Shown here one piece after another: positions 9,636 to 19,254 of a DNA stretch of 64,000 nucleotides (position 1 is the stretch's first letter; every line of letters starts with the position of its first letter). The position numbers and the translations under genes were made by a program. Origin of the DNA: Opitutales bacterium (GTDB lineage: Bacteria; Verrucomicrobiota; Verrucomicrobiia; Opitutales; PNEW01). Below the pieces are notes generated by a model. The model saw only the letters and a program-made list of their open reading frames with translations. It was not told where the DNA came from and searched no databases. The DNA lies in the NCBI GenBank assembly GCA_965197745.1, contig CBDANS010000007.1, forward strand, positions 2,078,215-2,142,214, in the 5' to 3' direction.

Positions 9636-11267
9636 ATGATATACGGTAAGCAAGTAGAGCCAAAGCTATTTAATGATGAACAAATGCGTCAGTTTGTTGT
9701 TGATGGGTACGTCGTCTTTCAACCCGACGTACCAGAGGAGGTGCACAAGACAGTCAGAGAAAAGCTTCAATATATGGTGGATGAAGAATATAATTATGGC
9801 AACAACGTGCTGCCTCGTGTCCCAGAGATGGATCGTATTTTAAACAGCCCGGAAGTGAGAGGGGCATTAACCAGCGTACTCGGCCCGGGGTATATTGAAC
9901 ACCCTCACCGTTTTTGTCATTATATCGGACCCGACTCAAAGCAGAAGAATTCGATGGATGAAGGGTTTCACCAGGATGGTTATTCCCTCTTAGGTCGACC
10001 CCGACAACACTATCCTCGCTTTGCGCGCATTATGTATTATCCGCAGGATTCACCTATTGAAATAGGACCCACCCATGCGATTCCGGGCACACAGTATCAA
10101 AAATGGTTAACCGCCGGAGATCCAAAAAAAGCCATTCCGATCGCGGGAAAAGCGGGCATGGTATCGATTACACATTTTGATATCGGACACGCCGCGGGCA
10201 TAAATACAATTAAGAAACCGCGACACATGATAAAATTTATCTACTTGCGGGCCGAAGAACCGACGAAACCCTCATGGAATTGCCAGAATAGAATGTGGAG
10301 AAATCCGGTAAATTTTGAAGCCCCTCACAACTTAAACCTGGTGTGGTCGCATATTTGGGATTGGCTGTGCGGTAAAAAGGATAGGTACGAAAGTTTTCGC
10401 GCAACCAAAGCGGATTCAACCGGTGAAGCTCTAGATGCTCTGAATGACGCCGATCTGGATACCCGCATTTCGGCCATGCATTCGATTGCTGCACGGGGTG
10501 ATATCAAAGCGATCCCATCACTCATTAATCGGTTAGATTCCGACCCACAATGGGAACGATTAATGGCTATCTACACCCTGGGTGCGCTTGGTCAGCCGGC
10601 AGTGGATCCTCTCGTAACCGTGCTTAAGGATTCAGCCAAAGATAAGGATGAAGATCCTTCGACTAATATCCTGGATCTTGCGACTAATTTAATAGATCTG
10701 GAATGTTCACTTTCGATGAGCGATGCTTCTCATGCACTGGCTGCCATCGGAGTACCTTCATTGAATTCTCTGATAGGTCTGTTGAATCATTCAAGCGAAT
10801 GGATACGCATCAATGCCGCTTTTGCTCTTGGTGAGATGGATTCTGAGGCGGCTAAAGCCGTGCCTCCTCTGACGCACTGTTTGGATGATTCCTCTCATAG
10901 CGTGGTGAGGACAGCAACAGACGCATTGAGTAATATACAGCAAAAGAGCGAAGAATTTATGCCCTCGCTTAGACGATTGCTCAAAGACGGTCGGCCTGAA
11001 TGGAAAAATCCTGTTCGTTTCAATTACTGGACACCTTACGACCAAGTCAGGATCAATGCGGTCCTGACATTCACACGTTTGGGAAAAAATGCGAGATCCG
11101 CAGAGCAATTACTGCTCGATAAATTAGCCGATCCCAATGGCCATGTGACCGCCTTTGCAGCAGAAGCTTTGCGACGTATTGGTACCCCTTTAGCCATTGA
11201 GGGTGTGTTGGAATATTTGATGACAAGGCGGTGGGATGATAGTCTTAATAAAGATCGAACATTTTAA
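9636..11267 (+). CDS. PhyH dioxygenase-HEAT repeat fusion, copy 3
   Basis: Co-linear paralog, with a ~9 aa insertion (TNILDLATNLIDLEC) in the HEAT region. Confidence 0.88.
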   Translation: MIYGKQVEPKLFNDEQMRQFVVDGYVVFQPDVPEEVHKTVREKLQYMVDEEYNYGNNVLPRVPEMDRILNSPEVRGALTSVLGPGYIEHPHRFCHYIGPDSKQKNSMDEGFHQDGYSLLGRPRQHYPRFARIMYYPQDSPIEIGPTHAIPGTQYQKWLTAGDPKKAIPIAGKAGMVSITHFDIGHAAGINTIKKPRHMIKFIYLRAEEPTKPSWNCQNRMWRNPVNFEAPHNLNLVWSHIWDWLCGKKDRYESFRATKADSTGEALDALNDADLDTRISAMHSIAARGDIKAIPSLINRLDSDPQWERLMAIYTLGALGQPAVDPLVTVLKDSAKDKDEDPSTNILDLATNLIDLECSLSMSDASHALAAIGVPSLNSLIGLLNHSSEWIRINAAFALGEMDSEAAKAVPPLTHCLDDSSHSVVRTATDALSNIQQKSEEFMPSLRRLLKDGRPEWKNPVRFNYWTPYDQVRINAVLTFTRLGKNARSAEQLLLDKLADPNGHVTAFAAEALRRIGTPLAIEGVLEYLMTRRWDDSLNKDRTF

Positions 11268-11308
11268 TTCAGTATTGAAATTACGAGGAGATCCCGGAGA
11301 ATTATCTA

Positions 11309-12784
11309 ATGCCTGAAAAAACCCGCGTAGCGGTGATTGGCGCAGGGCTTGGCGGTCTATGCGCCGGGATTAAACTCAAGGAAGCAGGCATTGACGAATT
11401 CCTGATCTTCGATCGCCATCCAAAGGTTGGTGGAGTCTGGTACGAAAATAAATATCCAGGCTGCTGCTGTGATACCCAAGTCGCGGAATATGAATTTTCT
11501 TTCGCGCCCAATCCCAATTGGAGTCATCTCTACCCCCGTGCCGCTGAGATCCAGGCTTATGCTGAGGCTATCGCTGAAAATTTCCAGCTTTCGAGTCATC
11601 TATGCCTGTCTGAAGGTGTAGCAAGTGTAAACTGGGAGGAAACGGGTTGCTTGTGGCGTGTCACATGCGAATCGGGTAGAAAAATTGAAGCAGATGCCAT
11701 TATCACCGCGCTCGGCCAATTGAACCGCCCTGCCCTGCCTGAGATCGAAGGGAGGGAAAGCTTTGCCGGAGCCACCATGCACTCTGCCCGTTGGGATGAC
11801 TCCGTCTCCCTAAAAGGAAAACGCGTCGGGGTTATTGGCTCCGCAGCGAGCGCAGTACAGATTGTTCCCGAAGTCGCGAAGGAAGCCTCTTTGCTTACCG
11901 TCTTCCAGCGTTCGCCCAACTGGATTATCCCGAAAGTCGATCGGGAAATCACGAACGAGGAAAAAACGCTTATGATAACTAAGCCGGACCGCGCTTCAAA
12001 CCTCGGGCAGCACAACCGGCAAATGATCTTCGACCGAAGCGAGTATTTTTTCTGGCAGGCCTTTGAATGGAATGAGGTCGGTCGCGCCGCTTTTACCCGC
12101 ATTGCTCTCAATCATATGGAAGCCCAGGTATCCGATTCGGAATTACGCGAAAAACTCAAGCCCGATTACCCAATCGGCTGTAAACGCGTTCTCCCAACCG
12201 ACGCCTACTATCCGGCATTGATGCGTGATAATGTTTCACTGGTCAACGACGGGATCTCTCGGATCAACGAACAGGGAATTGAAACCAACGATGGAACCAG
12301 TCACGAATTCGATGTGTTGATATACGCCACCGGTCTTGAAACAACCGGCTGGAATTGGTCGATGGATGTCACCGGCCTCCAAGGTCAGAACCTCCATGAG
12401 CTCTGGGCCAAAGGACCCGAGGCTTATCTTGGTATCACCGTCGCCGGTTTTCCGAACCTCTTTATGCTTTATGGACCGAATACAAACCTCGGTCATGGTA
12501 CCATCACGAGGATGCTGCAACACCAGGTTGATTATGCAGTGAAAGCACTCCTCGCTCTTAACGAACAGGGCGCAAAAGCATTGGTTCCCACCACTCAAGC
12601 GCAAACCCGTTTCAATGACCAGCTCCAGAAGGAGCTCTCTAAGCGGGTATGGGCCGATCCGAATTGCACCTCCTGGTATAAAAACAGCGCTGGTCACATT
12701 ACCCAAAACTGGTCAAACCCTATCCGGGCTTACGGTGAAGCGACCTCAACCATTAAACTGGATGACTACGAATTGATTCCCTGA
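11309..12784 (+). CDS. Flavin-containing monooxygenase (type I Baeyer-Villiger-like)
   Basis: GAGLGG Rossmann motif, GGVWYENKYPG, FAGATMHSARWD fingerprint, FQRSPNW, ATG motif. Confidence 0.92.
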   Translation: MPEKTRVAVIGAGLGGLCAGIKLKEAGIDEFLIFDRHPKVGGVWYENKYPGCCCDTQVAEYEFSFAPNPNWSHLYPRAAEIQAYAEAIAENFQLSSHLCLSEGVASVNWEETGCLWRVTCESGRKIEADAIITALGQLNRPALPEIEGRESFAGATMHSARWDDSVSLKGKRVGVIGSAASAVQIVPEVAKEASLLTVFQRSPNWIIPKVDREITNEEKTLMITKPDRASNLGQHNRQMIFDRSEYFFWQAFEWNEVGRAAFTRIALNHMEAQVSDSELREKLKPDYPIGCKRVLPTDAYYPALMRDNVSLVNDGISRINEQGIETNDGTSHEFDVLIYATGLETTGWNWSMDVTGLQGQNLHELWAKGPEAYLGITVAGFPNLFMLYGPNTNLGHGTITRMLQHQVDYAVKALLALNEQGAKALVPTTQAQTRFNDQLQKELSKRVWADPNCTSWYKNSAGHITQNWSNPIRAYGEATSTIKLDDYELIP

Positions 12785-12865
12785 GTCACGTATCTCTATT
12801 GCATCAGCATACCTGAGTAACGAAATAAATTTGACTCCCCTATGCGCAATTAATAAATTAATCTT

Positions 12866-13912
12866 ATGGCTAAGACCGCACGCGCTACTGTCATGGTGGG
12901 CAAGAATTTTGAATTGCGCGAGTACCCTATTCCCAAGACTGAACCGGGCACGGTTCTATTGAGGCAGGAACTTTGCGGTATCTGCGGCACCGATCTCCAC
13001 AACTGGGAATACCAGCGTATGGATTTCGATCTCATTCTCGGTCATGAAAATGTCGGGGTCATTGACACCCTGGGTTCGGGTGTCGAAACTGACTATGTGG
13101 GAAAGCCGATCAATGAGGGCGACCGCGTAGCGCTTTCCCCAAAATCGGGTTACGGTTTCTCTCCCTCGGAAGAACAACCCTACCTGCGGGGTGGTTTCAG
13201 TGAATACATCTACCTCTGGAACCCGGATACAATGTTCCTTAAGACCGACCTCGCTCCTGAGATTGCGGTCCTCACAGAACCTGCCGCCTGTGCGGCCCAT
13301 TGTGTTTCGCGTGGAAAAATCCAGTTCGGTGACACCATAGTTATTCAAGGCTCAGGTCCTATCGGATTGCTCGCACTTATCTGGGCGAAGTTCTCAGGCG
13401 CAGCGCGGCTTATTGTTGTGGGCGGTCCTGCAGGAAGACTGGAAATGGCAGAAAAAATGGGCGCGGATATCACCATTGACATTGCGGAAATTCCGGATGC
13501 TGAAGAGAGAATAAAAATTATTCGCGATCATACCCCCCAGGGCAAAGGCGCTGACGTTGTCTTCGAATGCTGCGGATTTCTCAGCGCTATCCCCGAAGGC
13601 CTGGAATATATCCGTTATGGCGGCACTTATGTGGAATTTGGACACTTCGTGGATGTGGGTACTTTCGAGTGCAATCCTAACCAGATGCTTATGCGCAAGA
13701 ATCTTCGTCTCGAAGCAGCGTGGGGGTTTGAAAATGAGCACTTCCTTCGCACTTTGCCCATGCTGGAAAAGTACGCCTCACTCTTTGAAGGATTTGTCAG
13801 TCATATCATTCCCTTGGAGCAAGTCTCTGAGGGGATTGATGCTTTGCACCGCAGCTATCACCTCGATGGTAAAGACGCTATAAAGATAGCAGTCAAAGGC
13901 GGTTTGGCTTAA
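12866..13912 (+). CDS. Zinc-dependent alcohol dehydrogenase (MDR family)
   Basis: CGICGTD, GHE, EP, GSGPIG; the structural-Zn Cys cluster is absent. Confidence 0.9.
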   Translation: MAKTARATVMVGKNFELREYPIPKTEPGTVLLRQELCGICGTDLHNWEYQRMDFDLILGHENVGVIDTLGSGVETDYVGKPINEGDRVALSPKSGYGFSPSEEQPYLRGGFSEYIYLWNPDTMFLKTDLAPEIAVLTEPAACAAHCVSRGKIQFGDTIVIQGSGPIGLLALIWAKFSGAARLIVVGGPAGRLEMAEKMGADITIDIAEIPDAEERIKIIRDHTPQGKGADVVFECCGFLSAIPEGLEYIRYGGTYVEFGHFVDVGTFECNPNQMLMRKNLRLEAAWGFENEHFLRTLPMLEKYASLFEGFVSHIIPLEQVSEGIDALHRSYHLDGKDAIKIAVKGGLA

Positions 13913-14018
13913 CCCGGGGAGCCGGTTTTTATCTTGTAGCTGTTAGCTTTTCCCCCTTATGCGATGGGGGGAAATCCGAATGGACCCTACCCCCTATAGA
14001 TCGATATATAACAGAACC

Positions 14019-15752
14019 TCAATAGTAATCAAATTCCTTTATCCACGGTTCCAGTTTAGGTAATACCTCACGCATCTCTTCCTCATATCGTTTCCATCTT
14101 CCTATGGCCTGTTTATATAATGGTTTAATAACTTGATTATAACTGGGCGTATTAATTTTCGTTCTATTTAATGCGGTCTGATTGAAGTCAAGCATGGCCT
14201 TATTCCATTCAAGACCAAGAAAGCTCAGTAGTGGTTTAATGCTCACTTCTAAAGCTTCTACCACCCTTTCATATTTTACCGTTTTGAAATGAAGGGGTAA
14301 TACATTAACATACTGCTTCCATAAAGTCATAACTTCGTTGTAAAGATGTGCTGCATCAGAGAGCGTATAGAAACTTGCCATGGCATCATTAATCGCAAAT
14401 CTGTTCATGAAGCAACTTAAGACGCAATCACAGGGATGTCTTTGCGCAAAGATAAACTTGCTTTCGGGAAAGATCCTATGAAGCAAACCAACATCGAGAA
14501 TATTCAGTGGCAGTTTATCAATAATTATTTTTTCCCGATCAATATCATCTAAATGAAGATCAAGTTCCTCAAAATAAATTTTTCGCAGATTAATTAGGTC
14601 ATTCTCTTTTATCCTGTTTAAAAAATCCAATTCCCGATTAGATAATTCCGGAAACAAACCTATGGTTTTGGCCACAGCGGGTTTTTCCTCGAGGACTACT
14701 ATCCCGGGATGACTTCTTAATATAGTGTCTAATAGCGTTGTTCCTGTTCTTGGAAACCCAATTAAAAAAACAGGTGTGGATCTATCAACCGGGACACATA
14801 TATTATTCCACTTTTTTATATTAGTGTGAGTAAAATAATTTTTATAATCACCGATTTTTTGTAATATAATTTCTTTTTTGTATCTTTGATTTATTATTTT
14901 CTTCGAGTCATACTCGTTGACGATTAAATAATACTTGAATGCTTTTTTTGTGTCATTTAATTGATCGCAGATTTTTGATAACAGTTCGTAGTATTTAAAC
15001 TTTTCATTGGGTGAAATAGCTTGCACCTCTTCAATATTAATTGACTCTAATAACACCTTGGCTTCCAGGTATTTGTTATCTCTATTAAGAATGTGAGCTT
15101 CAAAGATATTTATTATTGGGTTATCAGTTAATTGCGATTTTGCATTCTTAATAGATACTTTGAGTTCTTGCATGTTATTAGTCTGTTCAAAGATCTTCAT
15201 TAAATTATAATGGGATTCAACTAATTGAGGATTAATTTGCAGCGCTTTCTCATAGCAGCACACTGCTTTCTGGTAATCCTCTGACTCCTTATAAACAACC
15301 CCAAGATTATAATGAGCTTCAGCAAATTGAGGATTAATTTGCAACGCTTTCTGATAACAGGATATTGCTTTTTTATGATCCCCTAATACCTCATATACAT
15401 TACCAAGATTTATATGCGCTTCTGTATTTTGAGGATTGATTTGCAGCGCTTTTTGATAGGCTGTTACTGCTTTTTGGTAATCTTTTAATTCCTCATATAG
15501 TGTTCCAAGATTATAATATGCTTCACTAAATTGAGGGTTAATTTGCAATGCTTTTAATAACAGTTGCTTCGCTACATCATATTTTTTAAATTTTTTTGCT
15601 AATACGCCAATATTCCCTATTGATTGAAAATGGTCAGGGTTTACCTGCAATATTTTCTTATAAAGTCTCTCCGCATCTTGAAAGTTACCCTTTTGATGAT
15701 GTTGGACTGCCAATGAAAATACCTGCTTTATCGATAGTTTCTCTTCTCGCAT
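14019..15752 (-). CDS. TPR-repeat sulfotransferase family protein
   Basis: N-terminal TPRs (YQKALQINP..AEAHYNLG); GFPRTGTTLL PAPS motif; IDKLPLN; RHPCDCVLSC; TPSYNQV..PLY. Confidence 0.92.
   Translation of the reverse strand: MREEKLSIKQVFSLAVQHHQKGNFQDAERLYKKILQVNPDHFQSIGNIGVLAKKFKKYDVAKQLLLKALQINPQFSEAYYNLGTLYEELKDYQKAVTAYQKALQINPQNTEAHINLGNVYEVLGDHKKAISCYQKALQINPQFAEAHYNLGVVYKESEDYQKAVCCYEKALQINPQLVESHYNLMKIFEQTNNMQELKVSIKNAKSQLTDNPIINIFEAHILNRDNKYLEAKVLLESINIEEVQAISPNEKFKYYELLSKICDQLNDTKKAFKYYLIVNEYDSKKIINQRYKKEIILQKIGDYKNYFTHTNIKKWNNICVPVDRSTPVFLIGFPRTGTTLLDTILRSHPGIVVLEEKPAVAKTIGLFPELSNRELDFLNRIKENDLINLRKIYFEELDLHLDDIDREKIIIDKLPLNILDVGLLHRIFPESKFIFAQRHPCDCVLSCFMNRFAINDAMASFYTLSDAAHLYNEVMTLWKQYVNVLPLHFKTVKYERVVEALEVSIKPLLSFLGLEWNKAMLDFNQTALNRTKINTPSYNQVIKPLYKQAIGRWKRYEEEMREVLPKLEPWIKEFDYY
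15225..15560 (-). repeat. 102-bp tandem repeat units encoding TPRs
   Basis: TTGAGG(A/G)TT(A/G)ATTTGCA recurs at 15225, 15327, 15429 and 15531. Confidence 0.85.
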
Positions 15753-16112
15753 TTTATCGTATCGGTATTAATTTTTTCAGCAAGCTGGACGGGTGAAGTA
15801 AATCAGGTCAAGGGAAGACAATCCCAAAGCTTGTTGAATAATCTCTATTTTAAAAGCATTTATGACTCACTGATAGAAAATTACTAATTTAAATATTAAT
15901 TTATTTATAAAAATAGAGCAAGGATGCACTCCCTTCCGGCACCCTATCTGTCTGTCGAGCATCAATGGTAAGAAGATCAAATTTAGAATAAAACTGATCC
16001 CTCTATTTAATAAATTACTGACTCATGAGAAGTCCGCCTTTTCGGGCTTCCTGAGATAGCTTGATTAGGCCTTTGTCTTGACTCACCCACTGAAATCTCA
16101 GCTTATTCACCC

Positions 16113-16394
16113 ATGGAAGATGCAAAGATGCCCATTTCATCAACCCGCTCTCAGCAGGAGACCGTTATCACCGATGAACAGGTTCAGTTCTTTCACGAGA
16201 ATGGCTATCTGATACTTAAGAACGCTTTAGCATCAGCTGAACTGAAACGTCTCCAGGAGGCATCGCACAAGCTGATCACTGAAGGTGAAAATCCCGTAGA
16301 TGCTCTTCAGGATTATTTGTAGAAGGAAGGAAAACGCACAGGCAAAAGCATCTTAAGAAGAATCGACTTTGTGGTTGCCACCCTGTTTTGTTAA
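16113..16394 (+). pseudogene. Truncated PhyH-family dioxygenase
   Basis: ITDEQVQFFHENGYLILKNAL; in-frame TAG at 16320 is followed by plausible continuation KEGKRTGKSILRRIDFVV, then the sequence ends with no HxD. Confidence 0.75.
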
Positions 16395-16414
16395 TAGGTG
16401 ATAAACGTTACGCA

Positions 16415-16993
16415 TTACTCTTCGATCCACCTCCAACTGGGCATTCTCCCGCTTCCCGCGTAGACATATTTATAAGGATAATCATTGATAAGGACATCAA
16501 GCTGATTGGTATAGTCCTCGTACCAATTCCATGTGTCTTTCAGGCCCCTCGAATCTCCTGTGCTTGCATACATATTTACTTCTTCAATTTTTTTACCGTA
16601 TCCTATTTGTGGTAGCTTATGGGACATCCAGTTCCAGGCAACGCCGCCTTTGTTCTGGTAGCTCAATTCCCAGAATTCAAGATTCCTTGTTATCACCCAT
16701 ACACGTAAGTCAGAAGCAACCATTGAGTAGGCGCTATTTGACCTGATTGCCTTACCACCCGGTTTTCCATGACAAATTTTATCGAACTCCCCCTTAGGAT
16801 CTGTTTTTTTAAACGCGTAGAGGTCACCCTTTTTTGAAACCCACCAACACATATCAGGGTTGCTGCGCCATGCGAGGTAGTTGTATCTGTCTGCTTGTTC
16901 GTCAGATTCCAGTTTATGATAATAAACACTGCTATTAACGTGTTCTATCAATCCCTCGCCATCATCCTTTTCCCATTTTATTGTTATTGGCAT
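16415..16993 (-). CDS. Hypothetical Trp/Tyr-rich protein
   Basis: 192-aa ATG ORF with protein-like composition; family not recognised. Confidence 0.65.
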   Translation of the reverse strand: MPITIKWEKDDGEGLIEHVNSSVYYHKLESDEQADRYNYLAWRSNPDMCWWVSKKGDLYAFKKTDPKGEFDKICHGKPGGKAIRSNSAYSMVASDLRVWVITRNLEFWELSYQNKGGVAWNWMSHKLPQIGYGKKIEEVNMYASTGDSRGLKDTWNWYEDYTNQLDVLINDYPYKYVYAGSGRMPSWRWIEE

Positions 16994-17094
16994 TATATTC
17001 AGCTCTCAAGTCGTTTATTAAAACGATTTTGTAAATACAAATCGTATAGCAGGCAACGTCAAACGTCACTCTATTGAGTCAAGGCACTACGTTA

Positions 17095-17880
17095 CTACGT
17101 CGGCAAACGACAAATATTATTTTTCGTATTCAGATGAACGGGTTTTGAGTAGTGATTGACTGCGATGTTGTCAGTAAGAGAAGTGGGAACTTGAAGGATG
17201 AACTCAGCCCAATCGGGCGCGCTGAAGGCAACAAAGGCCAGGTGAAAGGTCTCAATCGGATTATCATAGTCAACTGAGAAATCGGGAAATAGGATCGGCC
17301 CGGTGTCTGACTGGAAAAAAATTTTCCGTTCATTTGCGTTCATGGTTTTAATCGGGAAATCAAGTTGGATATCAAACCTGTCCTGCTCCGTAAATTCGAT
17401 CTGCCCATTCAAGAGGTCATCGGACAGTGTAGCCTTAACGACATCACCATTGTTTTCCAGTGGTTCGCCATCAACCAGGTTAAGATGTATTTTAATGCGG
17501 TCAAAAGAGTCGACCACCTCCCCTACTTGTCGTTCCGGTTGAAACCCCAGGGAAGATGGATAGTGCATCACTCCTTTTTCATGACGATCCCAGCTCTTTA
17601 TAATTAAAAACTCCTCCTGGGACAGGATAAGGCAAAAATCGGCATTGGGTTCGGTCCAGATATTTTTGGGTGATCCCACTTGCTCCGTTTTGCATGAGGC
17701 ACCCAATACATAATCAGTTTTACGCCCGGAGGAACGGTCGTGGATTTGACAACGCGACTCGAGTTGAATGCGCGCGTTATTAAGGGTAAAGGGCGGTTTA
17801 TGCGAAAGTGTGGTTCTCGGTTGTTTTTCCCAGTCAATCCGAAAAGTCAGAAAAGAATGCGCAAAATTAGGTATCTTCAT
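17095..17880 (-). CDS. Hypothetical protein
   Basis: 261-aa ATG ORF (LNNARIQLESRC, LGASCKTE, DTGPILFPD); function unknown. Confidence 0.75.
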   Translation of the reverse strand: MKIPNFAHSFLTFRIDWEKQPRTTLSHKPPFTLNNARIQLESRCQIHDRSSGRKTDYVLGASCKTEQVGSPKNIWTEPNADFCLILSQEEFLIIKSWDRHEKGVMHYPSSLGFQPERQVGEVVDSFDRIKIHLNLVDGEPLENNGDVVKATLSDDLLNGQIEFTEQDRFDIQLDFPIKTMNANERKIFFQSDTGPILFPDFSVDYDNPIETFHLAFVAFSAPDWAEFILQVPTSLTDNIAVNHYSKPVHLNTKNNICRLPT

Positions 17881-18152
17881 GCCTTTTATCTATCAACCGT
17901 AATGCAAAGAGTCAAAATGGATTACTCTCGATGTTTCTTAAATTGGGGAATGAATTTTCTGCTTCTTCTCTCGCTCAACTGACAATCTGCATTCCGTGAT
18001 CGATTCTCGTCTCGTTTCCTCACTTTTTAATTTTCCACGCTTTACAAGTAATCGCCAGTTACTCCACAATCACAATTTATTCAATAATTACATCAATCCC
18101 ACGAGTCGATTGATCTCATCTGCTTCCTTTTAACAAACTCAATTAAGTAAAC

Positions 18153-18887
18153 ATGGCTGATAAAAGTCTTAAACAAAGAATTACCGATCTGGAAACCATT
18201 ATTGGCATTACCGTTCCTCCTGATGTAGAACGCGAGCAACTTGAAAGCATTCTGGAGAAGGGCCCCTTCGACTTCATCTCCGTTGACAGCCAGCATAGTC
18301 CATTGAGTGAAACCGGACTTGTTGCCTTGTGCGCAATCGCCAATGATTTGGGTGTTCCCGTTCAATTCCGAATTAAACATACGCGTCACGCCTACTTGAT
18401 TGGCAATTTTCTTGATCTAGGACCAGCGGGCATTGAAGTGCCCCAGGTAGAAACAGAGGCCACAGTGGAAGAAGCAGTCGCGAGTTTTTATTATCTACCG
18501 ATGGGAATACGCAGCGTGGGGGGAACCGCGCGTTTAAAAATAAACGATTACCCGGATTCATTCGATTACGCCGAGTGGTGGAACAACCATGGTGTGCTCT
18601 GGATGCAAGTGGAATCAGTTGAAGCCGTAGAGCAAGTTTATGCTCTTGCCAAACCAGGCATTGATTGTATCTCGTTTGGTCCCACCGATCTTACTTTCAG
18701 CTTGAAGCAAAGCAACCACCCCCGCCTCAATACCGTGGACGATTGTGTGCGCCATGTCGTAGCGACCTTGCGCGGGACTCATACTGCTGTTTGTTACCGA
18801 TCTCTTTCTTCCAGTAATCGACAAAAATATCTGGATATGGGAGTGACCGTAATCCTCGAGAGTCATAATTATTTGAATTCTAAGTAG
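18153..18887 (+). CDS. HpcH/HpaI aldolase family protein
   Basis: VDSQHSP, LDLGPAGIEVPQVET, YYLPMGIRSVG, QVES, FGPTDL. Confidence 0.85.
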   Translation: MADKSLKQRITDLETIIGITVPPDVEREQLESILEKGPFDFISVDSQHSPLSETGLVALCAIANDLGVPVQFRIKHTRHAYLIGNFLDLGPAGIEVPQVETEATVEEAVASFYYLPMGIRSVGGTARLKINDYPDSFDYAEWWNNHGVLWMQVESVEAVEQVYALAKPGIDCISFGPTDLTFSLKQSNHPRLNTVDDCVRHVVATLRGTHTAVCYRSLSSSNRQKYLDMGVTVILESHNYLNSK

Positions 18888-19254
18888 CGACTGACTTTTA
18901 ACTCAGTTGCTCAGATCATACAGCCAGAACCGAGTGTGGCCTCTGTCATGGTCTCAACCTATCCTGACCCTGAATTATTATTGTGCGATTGCCATAGATG
19001 ACCGCATCGACTGCGACAATCTTCTATTTATAGGAGATAATATTGGCATTTTTTTCTCCATATCTTAGCTTGATTCATATATTGCTGGTCTGTAACAGGT
19101 TGAGCTATTAGGTTCTTATTTATGGGTTTTAAAAAAATGTAAAATAAGTATTGTATTCAGACAATAATGGGGTAATATACCCATACTATGTAGGATATTA
19201 ATCTATTTTATAAGAAGTAAAACCATTAATAATATTCATTATTTGCACTTTTTC

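Noticed and set aside
6351..11267. Diversity-generating retroelement as the source of paralog variation
   Set aside because: No reverse transcriptase or template repeat, and the differences are not adenine-specific
15225..15560. Regularly spaced repeats as a possible CRISPR array
   Set aside because: They are coding TPR units with a 102-nt period, and no cas genes are present
15915..15945. GCAAGGATGCACTCCCTTCCGGCACC, resembling a tRNA 3' end or att site
   Set aside because: No TTCG T-loop, no cloverleaf and no second copy
16320..16322. In-frame TAG as possible amber readthrough
   Set aside because: The frame closes 23 codons later without catalytic residues; simple pseudogenisation explains it
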